In this document: piece by piece, positions 1-14,049 of the stretch
How the letters are laid out: every line of letters starts with the position of its first letter
Position numbering within the stretch: the first letter of the stretch is position 1
Source of the DNA: Eledone cirrhosa
Taxonomy: Eukaryota
Direction: 5' to 3'
Length of the DNA: 64,000 nt
Assembly (NCBI GenBank): GCA_964016885.1
Contig: OZ024742.1
Span: 82,646,001 to 82,710,000, forward strand
The notes under the pieces: generated by a model
Databases searched by the model: none
What the model was told of the DNA's origin: nothing
Seen by the model: the letters and a program-made list of their open reading frames with translations, nothing else
Translations under genes and position numbers: made by a program

Positions 1-328
1 TTAACGGATGTGTTTGCCAGATTTCTAGGGAGGCAGTGTGTTAAGTGATATTGGAAGGTATAATATGGACATAGTCAGGTGATCGCACTAAAAGGTATAG
101 AGTATTGAAGACAGAAAAGGTGTAGAATATGGGGTATAACCAATTCTCATGGTTGTATTAAATAAAATATATATCATATTACGTCATAGACTAATTGGGT
201 TGATTTTATATATACGATATTGCAGAGGTGATAAGAAAACTTTACATGAGGCAATAGAGTTTGAAGTAAGCGCTTAGACAAATAGAAACACACACATGCA
301 TATATATATATATATATATAAATGCATG

Positions 329-369
<41 letters not shown>

Positions 370-376
370 TTATTTA

Positions 377-1569
377 TCGTTTCTAAATTTGTTTAGAAAG
401 ATTCTTCATCTGAAAACGTGTGTTGAAACCGATATTGTTAGGCTTTGGGAGGGTCATGTTGCCAATAAGAAAGACACGCACCAGTTGCTTTCACTCCAAT
501 TATTATAAATGAAATTTATAAATTTAAGAATTTATAAATTTCCGGTTGTTTGTTCATATATTGTCAAATTTCTTTCGTCACACATTCTGTGACCTCTTCA
601 ATGACTGGGGATTATTTTCTTTGTGTTTGTGCCTCTCCTTTGTTCTATCCTACGCCATCTTGTTTTGTGTGTGTTGCGTGCTTAGTTTGCGTATGTGTTA
701 CATCCGGGTGTCTGTGTATGTTAATATTTGTTTATTTATTTGTTTATTTACATGTTACTGGTTGGTTGTTTGTTCTATGTGTGTGTGTGTTTTCATTCTG
801 TCCTTAATTGTAAGTCGTGATGTTGCTATTCCATTCATGTTTTCTATTTAATTTTGATTGAGGCAGCTCGTAGTATAGGAAAACGGTTAAATGAACACTG
901 GCGAAAACTTCAAGATAAAAAAGAATCATGAATACTCAACCAACATGCTAAAATAGAACATAAGGGCAAATTAGAGAACAGAGAAATAAAAATAGAATCT
1001 ACACACAGAAAAGACGCAATGTTTAGACAAATCACAGAGGCAATAAACATAAATGAACTCCAACCAAAATTAAATAGAAAACATGAATGGAATAGCAACA
1101 TCACAACTTACAATTAAGGACAAAATGAAAACAGACACACACATAGAACAAACAACCAACCAGTAATATGTAAATAAACAAATAAATAAACAAATATAAA
1201 CACACACAGACACCCGGATGTAACACATACGTAAACTAAGGACGCAACACACACAAAAACAAGATGGCGTAGGATAGAATAAAGGAGAAGCACAAACACA
1301 AAGAAAAAAATCCCCAGTCACTTAAGAGCTCACATGATGTGTGACAAAAGAACTTTGAGAATATATGAACAGCCGTCCGGTTATGGAACCAACGAACCAA
1401 CCGGAAATTTATAAATTCTTAAATTTATAAATTTAATATATGATAAATTGGAGTGAAAGGAACTGATGCGTGTGTTTCTTATTGGAAACATGACCCTCCC
1501 AAAGCATAACAATATCGGTTTCAACACACGTTTTCAGGTGAAAAATCTTTCTAAGCAAATTCAGAAACG

Positions 1570-1572
<3 letters not shown>
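377..1572 (+). mobile_element. 5'-truncated Penelope-like element (family A) with inverted pLTR
   Basis: 377-860 is the reverse complement of ~1065-1572. 862-1117 encodes a GIY-YIG C-terminus. Near-identical to 40750-43120. Flanked by (TA)n. HHR copies are degenerate (563-605 minus strand TTGAAGA; 1317-1359 plus strand). Confidence 0.85.
862..1117 (+). pseudogene. PLE GIY-YIG endonuclease C-terminal remnant
   Basis: Manual translation ARSIGKRLNEHWRKLQDKKES*ILNQHAKIEH...RQITEAININELQPKLNRKHEW; homologous to the region following 41391-41804/42233-42532. Confidence 0.8.
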
Positions 1573-1642
<70 letters not shown>

Positions 1643-1647
1643 CATGC

Positions 1648-1712
<65 letters not shown>

Positions 1713-1742
1713 TACATACACACATATATATATATATATATA

Positions 1743-2468
1743 TAAATGGAATAGAATGAAACGAAATTTCATTTCTCACTCTTAGTACAGCAGTTACTTA
1801 AATATAAGTACGTATGTATGTGTACGTACATACGTATATGTATACAGCCGTAAACTAGTAAGTATATATATACATACATGCACACATATATATATATGCA
1901 CGTATCGGTTTACCGAACATTTATTACAAACAAACACCCCTAATTACGCCGTACAGTGTTTAGGCAACCACGTCACCTTTTTGCTCAACACTGACACCGG
2001 AACGATGTACTAGTTTCAAGTTTGTTAGCTATCGTCAGCATCGTATATCTTCCTGCCAGATGGTTGAACGTCTAAAACTATATACTTTCCTTATGCATAT
2101 TAACAACTGAGCAGCCTAATTTGCATATCGAGTGAGTCTAGTCGGCCGGGCGCACCGAAAACGATAAATGGAATAGAATGAAACGAAATTTCATTTCTCA
2201 CTCGGACTAAACTCACTCAATATGCTAATAAGCTTGAAACTAGTACATTGCTCCTGTGTCAGTGTTGAACAAAAAGGTGACGTGGTTGCCTAAATACTGT
2301 AAGGCGTAATTCGGGCTGTTTGTTTGTTTACAAACAAACCGAACATTATAATAAATGTTCGGTAAACCGATACATGCATATATATATGTGTGCATGTATG
2401 TATATATATACATACTACTGTACGTGTGTATACATATATGTATGTACGTATACATACATACTTACATT

Positions 2469-2470
<2 letters not shown>
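1743..2470 (-). mobile_element. Family B HHR-containing repeat: one ~422-bp unit plus an inverted partial unit
   Basis: TAAATGGAATAGAATGAAACGAAATTTCATTTCTCACTC occurs at 1743 and 2165. 2225-2470 is an inverted partial copy. Homologous to 29139-29835, 44485-45020 and 48824-49700. Confidence 0.8.
2002..2044 (-). ncRNA. Minimal type-I hammerhead ribozyme (family B)
   Basis: Reverse complement: ACGATG CTGACGA tagctaacaaactt GAAA CTAG TA CATCGT; 6-bp stem I and palindromic stem III/loop. Confidence 0.75.
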
Positions 2471-2506
<36 letters not shown>

Positions 2507-2513
<7 letters not shown>

Positions 2514-2958
2514 AAGTTAAATAAAAGTCAAATGATTAAAATTTAGCTTCGTTTATTACTGCTATATATATTTCAGTGACAGCCATCTTTGGCTGTGACC
2601 TCTTCAGGCAGTTTGAATTAGTATGGTATAGACAAGTCATATGACTCCAGTTCCCCAGTGAATTAACAACCCAGCAAGGAACTGGGCATATCAGAGTATT
2701 GACAATATCATACACCTAAACAACATATGTACTTGTCTATACCATACTAATTCAAACTGCCTGAAGAGGTCACAGCCAAAGATGGCTGTCACTGAAATGT
2801 ATATAGCAGTAATAAACGAAGCTAAATTTTAATCATTTGACTTTTATTTAACTTTATTTTACACTACTCCGGAGTAACCAAACCAACCTGCGCACTTCGT
2901 CGAGTGCTCCAGCCTGCATACTGAGGTGTTGGTATACAACCAACATAAACTCAAAATC
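2507..2958 (+). mobile_element. Non-autonomous fold-back element with an HHR in each arm
   Basis: Arms 2507-2637 and 2731-2861 are reverse complements; tail 2862-2958 on one side only; (TA)n on both sides. Confidence 0.85.
2756..2810 (+). ncRNA. Type-I hammerhead ribozyme (mirror copy at 2558-2612, minus strand)
   Basis: ACTGC CTGAAGA GGTCACAGCCA aaga TGGCTGTCACT GAAA TGTATA TA GCAGT; stems I and II pair; AATAAA immediately downstream. Confidence 0.85.
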
Positions 2959-2989
2959 TATATATATATATATATACATATTTGCACAT

Positions 2990-3530
2990 ACACCAATTAA
3001 AGAAATTCACAGGTATATATGTGTTTTGGCAACTATTCACGATGTAGCAAAATACTATAGAGTAAATCATGTCCAAAGAATTATTTGATAATATATATAT
3101 ACATCATCTCTACTCCCAATTCGTGGGGGCCACTTCGGAAAATAATCTGTCCTAGCGAGTTTGTCCCCTGAAGAGCTCGAAAACTCGAGATTTTTCCTTA
3201 ATAAGGTATCTCAATTGTGAGCGAAACCCATGGGTCGGGATTTAGTGATTTAATCCTGGTATGTATATAAACATTTCTATCTTTAATTTTACCTAATTAT
3301 GACCGCATATTTAATTAATTTCCACGTGCTATTGAAATGTTGGGTAAATATTCTATAGCGGTTGGACGTGAAGACGCCGCTGTGGCGTATTTATTTACTG
3401 TTTCTTCATAGATGCCTTTTATTCTTATAGCCTTGTCTAATTGATTTTTGTGTGGTTAATTATTCTGATTGGGAGTAGAGATGATGTATATATATTATCA
3501 AATAATTCTATGGTCATGCTTTACCCTATA

Positions 3531-3533
<3 letters not shown>
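2990..3533 (+). mobile_element. Non-autonomous fold-back element with an internal HHR
   Basis: Arms ~3053-3120 and ~3468-3533 are inverted; left tail 2990-3052; related to 59520-60262. Confidence 0.75.
3164..3240 (+). ncRNA. Type-I hammerhead ribozyme with extended stem II
   Basis: TCCC CTGAAGA GCTC...GAGC GAAA CCCATGGG TC GGGA; canonical GUC cleavage triplet and palindromic stem III. Confidence 0.88.
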
Positions 3534-3580
<47 letters not shown>

Positions 3581-3586
<6 letters not shown>

Positions 3587-3980
3587 ATACTTGGGGAGGG
3601 TCATATTTGTTTAATAATATTGCCAGAATTAATAACAGAACACACTCACTGTTTGGTTGGTTTTCACTTATGTGTCTTTTATATCGGTTAATTTAATTTA
3701 TCCGGTCCTCAATGTTACCATTGACTGACCAACGGTCATAAATAAAGATACAATATAGACACAAACACATATATATAGTCTATCAAAGTTATTTTGTTTC
3801 CTCCCGTTGCATTGTATGCTTACGCCATCTTTATTTAGTCTGTTTATTTATTTATTTATTTGTTTATGTTTTTGTCTCCTCTGCGCATGCGTGTGCATGT
3901 GTGTATAGTGTTTTGTTTGATGTGTGTTCTGGTAGGTGACTGTGTATTGGTTAATGTATTCTATGTTAGTTTACTAGTGT
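3581..3980 (-). mobile_element. Diverged pLTR relative of PLE family A
   Basis: Terminus ATTGTTATACTTGGGGAGGGTCAT matches family A; shares the TACGCCATCTT and (TTTA)n blocks. Confidence 0.55.
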
Positions 3981-4099
3981 GTGTGTATATGTGTTTGTTG
4001 TTTCGCGACACATGATTTCATATCAAAAACTGAAGTTATTTTTTCAAAGAACACCAATACCCAATGCATAACAGTCTCCCCTCTCACAACCACTGATAT

Positions 4100-4290
4100 T
4101 CGGTAAGAGAAAGGCAAAAGCCAATATATCATGTCACGAGTGATGCCGGCCGTCACTCCTAGCTGGGTGATCTGGAGCAACGTGAAATAAAGTTTGTTAC
4201 TCAAGGACACATCACCTCACCCGATCCTGGAATCGAAATCACGCTCATGATTACGAATCCAATTAGAAAACCATTAAACCACGTGACTTC
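4100..4290 (-). mobile_element. tRNA-derived SINE (CORE-like central block), degenerate
   Basis: Reverse complement shows a B-box-like TTTCGATTCCAGG followed by TGTGTCCTTGAGTAACAAACTTTATTTCACGTTGCTCC, shared with 4835-5051. Confidence 0.65.
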
Positions 4291-4331
4291 ACACACAGAC
4301 ACACGAAGACATAAAATACACACACACATAC

Positions 4332-4397
<66 letters not shown>

Positions 4398-4419
4398 ATA
4401 TATATACATGTATATATAT

Positions 4420-4810
<391 letters not shown>

Positions 4811-4834
4811 GCATATATATTATATATAAATATA

Positions 4835-5051
4835 TAGACAGTCGATAGACTTTCGCAAATCGGACCAAGGAGACAATGTTTCCATTGGTCTTACCAATTG
4901 CTAATACTATATGTTCGGTCGCAATTCCAGGTAGAAGGAACAACGTGAAATAAAGTGTCTTGCCCAAGGACATAACACATCGCCCGGGAATCGAACTCAC
5001 AACCTCACGATTGCGAATCCAATTCTCTAACCACTCGGCCCGGGCCTTCAC
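4835..5051 (-). mobile_element. tRNA-derived SINE
   Basis: Reverse complement has A box GGCCGAGTGGTTAGA, B box GAGTTCGATTCCC, then TGTCCTTGGGCAAGACACTTT (CORE-like). Second copy at 54630-54850. Confidence 0.8.
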
Positions 5052-5084
5052 TATACACACACACTCACACACATACACATACGC

Positions 5085-6341
<1,257 letters not shown>

Positions 6342-6342
<1 letters not shown>

Positions 6343-8180
6343 TATAATTATATAAATCAACAAAGAAGCCTTTAATACATTAAAAATCTTTATTCGCTGA
6401 CAATGTTTCGTCCCAGTAATTAGGACTCTTTAGAGCAAGGAAAAGACAAAAAATATCAACGGCTAGAACAAGCCAAAATTCAGAAGTATAGAGAAATAGA
6501 AAAATAGAAATTTAAATGTTACATTATAAGATATAATATGCAGGTAATATATAAACAGGATAAGGAGGCAAGGTCTAGGATGTTGCGACATATTTCGAAT
6601 TCATGTAACCATGAAAGGGCACTTAATTACTAATGGGTAAAAATCTATAATATTTATAACACACCCGATAATATGTAAGGAAGGATATTTCGGAAAATTA
6701 TCCAGGAAAGACGTGTCAAACCTAATAGCGTACATTGGTACATAAAAACTATAGGGCAAGAGAGCCAGCAAACATTAAAAAAGCCACGTTAAAAGTACAA
6801 TATATGGCCAATACTCGAAATACAACATAGTAATATAATCCGAGAAATAAGATATAACAAATATAATATCATATACAATACAGTGCAATATATAATACAG
6901 AAATAAAAATGTATATATATATATACACACACACTCACACACATATATATGCACACACATATACACATTTACACATACACATATTAACACAAATATATAT
7001 ATATATGCACTATAATAGAATAATCATTTTTTAATGTTTGCTGGCTCTCTTGCCCTATAGTTTTTATGTACCAATGTACCCTATTAGGTTTGACACGTCT
7101 TTCCTGGTGATCTTCAACGGCAAATATACGATAAGATGTATAGAGATATAGGCAATTCAAATACATACAGCAATATAATATTACATATTAATATTACAAC
7201 ACAAAACATATAATTGCAGGGGAGAAAGATTTAAATCATATTTACTCAATATATTCATCCACACAAGTGACAAAGGATAGGAAATACAGACAGAAGCTAC
7301 AAATTATAGCAAAACAAAACAAAAACAAAAACGCGTAGACACAAACAAACTGTTAGGTGAAAATAAATGATACCACTATTCAAAGTCAAATAACTGAATC
7401 GAAACCCTTTTTAATTTTAATTAATCTATTAAAAGTTAAATAAACATTATGGTACACTCCATTTGGAACAAAGTTTAAGTCACTAATGCCGATAGAAATT
7501 AAGATATTCCAATAAATGAGCGAATACATTCATCGAATATATATTTAATTTCCGTTATGACGACTGACGTTATCCAAAGTAAAGATTCCAATAAAAAACT
7601 ATGGTGGACAAAAAGGAACAGAAAGAAGTAAAACTATGGAGGACAATGGAAACTTTTTTAATGTTTGCTGGCTCTCTTGCCCTATAGTTTTTATGTACCA
7701 ATGTACCCTATTAGGTTTGACACGTCTTTCCTGGATAATTTTCCGAAATATCCTTCCTTACATATTATCGGGTGTGTTATACATATTATAAATGTTTACC
7801 CATTAGTAATTAAGTGCCCTTTTATAGTTACCTGAATTATATATATGTCGCAACATCCTAGACCTTGCCTCCTTATCCGGTTTATATATTACCTGCATAT
7901 TATATCTTATAATGTAACATTTAAATTTCTATTTTGCTATTTCTCTATTCTTCTGAATTTTGGCTTGTTCTAGCCGTTGATTTTTTTGTCTTTTCCTTGC
8001 TCTGAAGAGTCCTAATTACTGGGACGAAACATTGTCAGCGAATAAAGATGTTTAATGTATTAAAGGCTTCTTTGTTGATTTATATAATTTTTTCGGCTCT
8101 GTCTGATAACATTGAGCTATCTCTTGTATTGTCATTTCTCTAATGCGATGAGTGTGTTTGACTCTAATGCACTCAAGTGT
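6342..8180 (+). mobile_element. Large fold-back element with HHR
   Basis: Arms ~6346-6776 and ~7657-8088 are inverted; internal partial duplicate 7030-7108; tail 8089-8180; (TA)n flanks. Confidence 0.85.
7998..8040 (+). ncRNA. Minimal type-I hammerhead ribozyme
   Basis: TGCT CTGAAGA GTCC taattactg GGAC GAAA CATTG TC AGCG, followed by AATAAA. The mirror copy at 6395-6437 has CTAAAGA. Confidence 0.88.
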
Positions 8181-8188
8181 TTTTATCT

Positions 8189-8368
<180 letters not shown>

Positions 8369-8371
8369 AAT

Positions 8372-9232
8372 ACAAAGATCGGAATTAAGAGTATTCCGCA
8401 GTTCACTCTAATAATAATAATAGTATTAGCTCAAAGAAGGATAGAGAATTTCCTTCTGAGCTCAAATGCAAATATATTACACAAAGAGAAGTGTGTTACA
8501 CAGTGAGATGTGTGTAAAGAATTATTACAAGTGAGTTTTACCGTTACTGTATAGAGAACAATATCTACAGGTTTAGCAATTAAATAGAAAAAAGTCAGAA
8601 TCAAATCTCTGAATTAGAGTTTTAAATTACCAACCTTATAACTATAAGTTTGCTGATACGAATTTCGCTTGGTTTCACCACTGATATGTGCAGTATAACA
8701 GGTCACAGGATCCTCAGTCAGCAAATATGGACACTGTTCACGACACATCTAACCTCATGGATAGAGAGATAGCTAATATATACGCTCCCCAGAGCAGGGC
8801 GAAATCAAGTGTTATTTGCATCAAATACCTGCTCTCATGGTTTGGGGAATATGCTAGAGAGGGCAGCCCAACCATTCGAATTTATTAGCTCAACAATTTG
8901 GAGCTCGTTAAGTATAGAAAGATCGGAATTAAGAGTATTCCGCAGTTCACTGTAATAATAATAATAGTATTAGCTCAAAGAAGAATAGAGAATTTTCTTC
9001 TGAGCTCAAATGTAAAGTGAAACGAACCGAGATTCGTATCAGCAAACTTATAGTTATAGGGTTAGTAATTTAAAACTCTAATTCAGAGATTTGATTATGA
9101 CTTACTTTTTTTCTATTTAATTGCTAAACCTGTAGATATTGTTCTCTATACAGTAACGGTAAAACTCACTTGTAATAATTCTTTACACACATCTCACTGT
9201 GTAACACACTTCTCTTTGTGTAATATATTTAT
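8372..9232 (-). mobile_element. Fold-back plus tandem element with HHR
   Basis: 8375-8468 is duplicated directly at 8919-9012; ~8470-8680 is inverted at ~9015-9230. Confidence 0.8.
8649..8725 (-). ncRNA. Hammerhead-like motif (stem II poorly defined)
   Basis: Reverse complement: TTTGCTGA CTGAGGA ...44 nt... GAAA TTCG TA TCAGCAAA; perfect 8-bp stem I. Confidence 0.6.
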
Positions 9233-9253
9233 ATTTATATATATATATATTTA

Positions 9254-9334
<81 letters not shown>

Positions 9335-9926
9335 TTATTTGGTTCCTTTACCGGTTTCCCAGTTCTTCTGCTTTTCAAAAGTATAGTTGAGATGGAGGGT
9401 CTGTGGTTTTTCTCACTACAGACCCTCCATCTCAACTCTACTTTCTTTTGAAAAGCAGAGGAACTGCAAAACCGGTAAAGGAACCGAATAAATATATATA
9501 TATTTAAAAAAATCAGACTCCAGTTGCATTATCGATTTCATCGTTTTTTCTTTATATATATATAGATTGTATATATATATATATATATAAGAAAAAAAGA
9601 TGAAATCGATAATGCAACTGGAGTCTGATTTTTTTAAATATATATATATTTATTTGGTTCCTTTACCGGTTTTGCAGTTCCTCTGCTTTTCAAAAGAAAG
9701 TAGAGTTGAGATGGAGGGTCTGTAGTGAGAAAAACCACAGACCCTCCATCTCAACTCGACTTTTGAAAAGCAGAAGAACTGCGAAACCGGTAAAGGAACG
9801 AAATAAATATATATATTTTTTTAAATAAGACTCCAGTTGCATTTTTGATTTCATTTTTCTTTCTGTATACTTAAACTCGTGTAGGACACCTCGGTTAATT
9901 TTCATTTTGTAAAAAAACTTCACTTT

Positions 9927-9930
<4 letters not shown>
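9335..9930. repeat. Double palindrome (hairpin duplicated in inverted orientation)
   Basis: 9335-9495 is a near-perfect hairpin; the 9335-9552 block recurs inverted at ~9590-9810 around a TA tract. Confidence 0.85.
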
Positions 9931-9992
<62 letters not shown>

Positions 9993-10006
<14 letters not shown>

Positions 10007-11160
10007 ATTAAGTATGTGTGTGTGTCTGTGGGTCTGTGTATTACATATAACGGCCTACATCTTACGACCGATTTTCATGAAACTTTACAGGCTCATAGAT
10101 TAGTCATCGAGAAGTGTTATCTATATATCAGCGTATCGTTGTTTTTTATTCCTGGGTCTTTCTGCAGATAAAAATTGATAGGGGTGTCACCTTTTATTAG
10201 GTATCGCAAAATAAGATTTTTGGCTCTAACTCCCACATTTTGCCACCAATTTCGTTCAAATTTTAAAGCAAAATAGAATTTATCATTGCACTTCCTGTAA
10301 TAGCTTTTCCTTTGCAGGTGTTCTTCAGGGACGGCGTAGCAGCTGTTTAAATAATCAAAAAATTTCCACTTTTTCGGCTCTAGCTTCCACATTAATCAAC
10401 CTACTTTGTTCAAATTTTACACTACGCTATATCTAATTATTTCACGTCTTAAAGTGGCTTTATATTTTGGATCTTTTTTCAGGAACGACGTGGCAGCCTC
10501 TTAAATATCGAAAATACCACCTTTCGCTCAAATTTCCGCCTTTTAGGCTCTAACTCCCACACTTTTCAACCGATTTCGTTCAAATTCGAAACTTCGGTTC
10601 CACGTCGCAGATATATCAATTTATTTGGTTCAACTTTTATACTACGAGAACCTATCATTTCACATCTTATAGTAGCTTTACACTTTGCATTTTTTGTTCA
10701 GGGACGGCGCGGGAGTCGTTTAACTCTTCAATATACGATTTTTTCCATCTCCCACATATTGCATACGATTTCACTCAACATTTCACCATTTGCTACACCT
10801 TACGACCGATTTTCAAGAAACTCGCCAGCTCATCAATTTCTAACCGGCTCTTGGTCAAAGGCAAAACGATGGCCACTGACGTTGTCTGAGCTTTGAGTTG
10901 TGTATTTGAGAATTCATCGGTTTCCAATCAAGTAGCGTGAAGAAATTTGGCTTAGTGTCAGAGGTCATAACCTCCCTCCCCCAGTATACCCCTTCGTCAG
11001 TCACCCGCGTTTCTCAGTGATAGCGGTCATCACCACCCTCCCCCGCATGGCCTGTGTGTGGCCATAGATGAGTCATCGAGAAGCAGTCACTAAGATCAAC
11101 ACCTTTTCATCGAAGCAGATATTATTTTACCTACCCAGGCAACGCTGGGTACTGCTGCTA

Positions 11161-11161
<1 letters not shown>
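9993..11161 (+). mobile_element. Non-autonomous Helitron
   Basis: 3' hairpin CCCAGGCAACGCTGGG followed by CTAG|T at 11158-11161; internal subrepeats; second copy at 47447-48533 (minus) retains the 5' TC. Confidence 0.8.
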
Positions 11162-11197
<36 letters not shown>

Positions 11198-11498
11198 GAG
11201 GTACGTACGTGTAAAGCTGAGGGATGCAATTGAGTATTTGTTGTATGTATATTGCTATGTGTATCTCACAAAATGTTCATTCAGTCTCTTTACTTATGAT
11301 GTATATACACGAAAATTATGATTGCAAGAGGTGACAATATTAAGTCTGACTAAAAGATAATGAGCTTGTAATTCGCTCAATGTTTATCGTTCGTTGAAAA
11401 CATCGTTCTAGAAATAGGTAATTTGTTTCACAGACTCATATTTGTTCTCCCAATTAAAATGTCTCGCATATTGACGAAATGGAGCCATTCTCCTTACC

Positions 11499-11621
<123 letters not shown>

Positions 11622-12929
11622 CTCTATGCATGTATGTATGTATTATCATGTTAAACGTATATCACTTAATAATATATTACTTCCATATTGATTTCACGTA
11701 TTTTTGAGTGGTTGTTATTTTAATAGCATAGCTTGAAGTAAATTCCGTAAAGTAGTTTCCTTCTGTTACCTGGCCATGTAAAATGTGGTATAGCTTCAAG
11801 TTACATTATTCATTTTCTCTTAAAATTCGCAAAAAGTATTTAAGTTCGTTTTCTGTTAGCCAGCAGTAGTTTTCTGAAAGATAGTTCGAAAACATTTTAA
11901 ATACATAGTGGGCGATATAAAAGTATATGATAGTTCATCAGAGTACACCCTCGTAAATAATCATAATCAAGCAATATGATACTGGAGATGAAATTAAAAT
12001 TTAACTTGACTTGCTATTGTATTTCAATAATATGTATTATTTGTAGCTCCTGTATCTCTCGATCATTAAGAGTGATGATATGTTATACATGTCCATTTAG
12101 AGCAAGTAAACTGCGCTAAACACACCCACGTTACCCGTCAGTTCAATTTAGCACCTCCCATATTTTCATCATTAGCAAATCCACATCACTTAAATTGAAA
12201 TTACTTTATTTTTAAATGAAACAACGGACGTTAAAATTTAAATTAAATACAAATCCTAGATGTCTCGCCAAATCGCAGGGCAGTTAGAAAATCTATTCAT
12301 ACCTCTTATTCATTCACATTACTGTGATCACAATTTTGGTTGTCCTATACTTTTTATTACTTCGTCTGCCATCTTCTAAACGTGTATTTGTCGTCCAACT
12401 CCTTCTATTGCTGAACTATTCCCACCCATGTGAATACACCTTTTCTATCTATACAAAAACTTTTCTTTCGCAACAGTAGATTAGCTATGTCGACCAGTTA
12501 TATCACAAGACTTACAATATAATTCCACAGTGGGGAAGATATTTGTGGATATGACATCACTTAAATACATTCATTAAAATACATTCATTAAAAAGAAAAG
12601 ACAGGATAAACATCCGAGCAATTAGAACCGCGAACAAGATTTCTGTATCAAACTAGACTGAATGTGAGAAGGGATAGTGTAGACTATCAAAATACACAAC
12701 AAAGTGCCATCCACGACCGTTCATATACGATCACATCCACTAATAAATGTTATCTGCATTACCCCACAAACTTAAATATTTACCCTCCACGCACTAAATG
12801 ACATCGCCAAAGTTCCCTTCACTACGGACTCGAAATAAATAGATTTATAATCTGTATCAATAATTTTCCATCCGTTAGGTGAGATATATATTTTTATCTT
12901 CCATATTACATAAAAACATGTAAAACTAT

Positions 12930-13530
12930 ATTAGGACAGGGAGAATGGAGTTCCACTGATGCAATTGGCAACATTCAAATATCTTGGGGCCGTGTTCAGG
13001 AATGGGGAATACTGAATATGAAATTCAGTGGATTGCAGGTGCTGGTGCAGTAATGTACCAGCTTCAGTAAACGGTAATCGGAAGAAATGGGTAGATGTAA
13101 AACTCAAGGTCGCTATCTTCAACTTGCTATTCATAGCAACCTTTATATAAAATCCTGAATCTCAGAGGGTGCCCGAAAGAATACGATCGAGAATACTAGC
13201 AGCCGAGATGAAGTTCCTACAAAGGGTCCTTGGAGTATCGTTAATCGATAGAGTGTATAGCAAGGAGATAAGAAATCGTTCTAGCTACAGCCGCTCCTTC
13301 TATTAGCTGAGCGATCATAGCGCGGATACTACGGACACGTGCATGTAATGTCCCAGGAAACGGTCGCTGGACATAATACAGGCAGCAGCATCCGGCAGGA
13401 AATCGAAGGGAAGACTTGGAGCAAAATTACTGGATTACACCCCTAAGCTCGATTCTATTCACCTAGGTATCTAGCTGAATCATTTGGAAACGATTGCTTG
13501 ACACGACTTGCTTGAAGGCCTGCCTGGGGA
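12930..13530 (+). pseudogene. RTE-clade LINE 3' RT fragment, degenerate
   Basis: Manual translation gives TFKYLGAVF (~12970) and AAEMKFLQRVLGVSLIDR (~13200), typical of the RTE C-terminus. Confidence 0.65.
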
Positions 13531-14049
13531 CTATGCCCCCATGTGTCTTCAATAAATATGTTATTAAATGTATACCTGCCTCGTTGTACCCATATTCAAT
13601 ATGTTGTGGGAGAATGAAATTTACAAGAATATCTGAAACATGTGGTAATATATACTGCAATATAAATATACCTTGGTAAAATATATTTCAGATAAGACAT
13701 ATACTAATTTTATCGAACATACATAGCATATAGGGAATTGTGCATTAATATCAATTGACATTATTAAATAAAAATGATTAATATTATTATGAACATTTTT
13801 CTTTATATAAGTATAAAAAATATATTTTATCGAATATATAATTACAAACTCTACAGTCTCAACCGATTTCGAGTGTACTTCCAATATAATTAATATTGAT
13901 TACAAATATCAGCTATAATGACGGTAGAAAAAGTATTAAATGGAATGAGAGACAAAAGTAATATAAAGCAACTAACTACACCTAAGTAACTTTGGTAATA
14001 TGAGTAAAAGAAATATTCGTATATTATGGCTTCGGGATCACAGAGAAAT

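Noticed and set aside
405-440. CTGAAAACGTGTGTTGAAACCGATA as a second HHR in the family A tail
   Set aside because: The core lacks the GA of CUGANGA in all copies and no stem I is evident.
4975-5050. tRNA gene
   Set aside because: The A/B boxes continue into a SINE body and the sequence is repeated at 54630-54850; it is a SINE head, not a tRNA.
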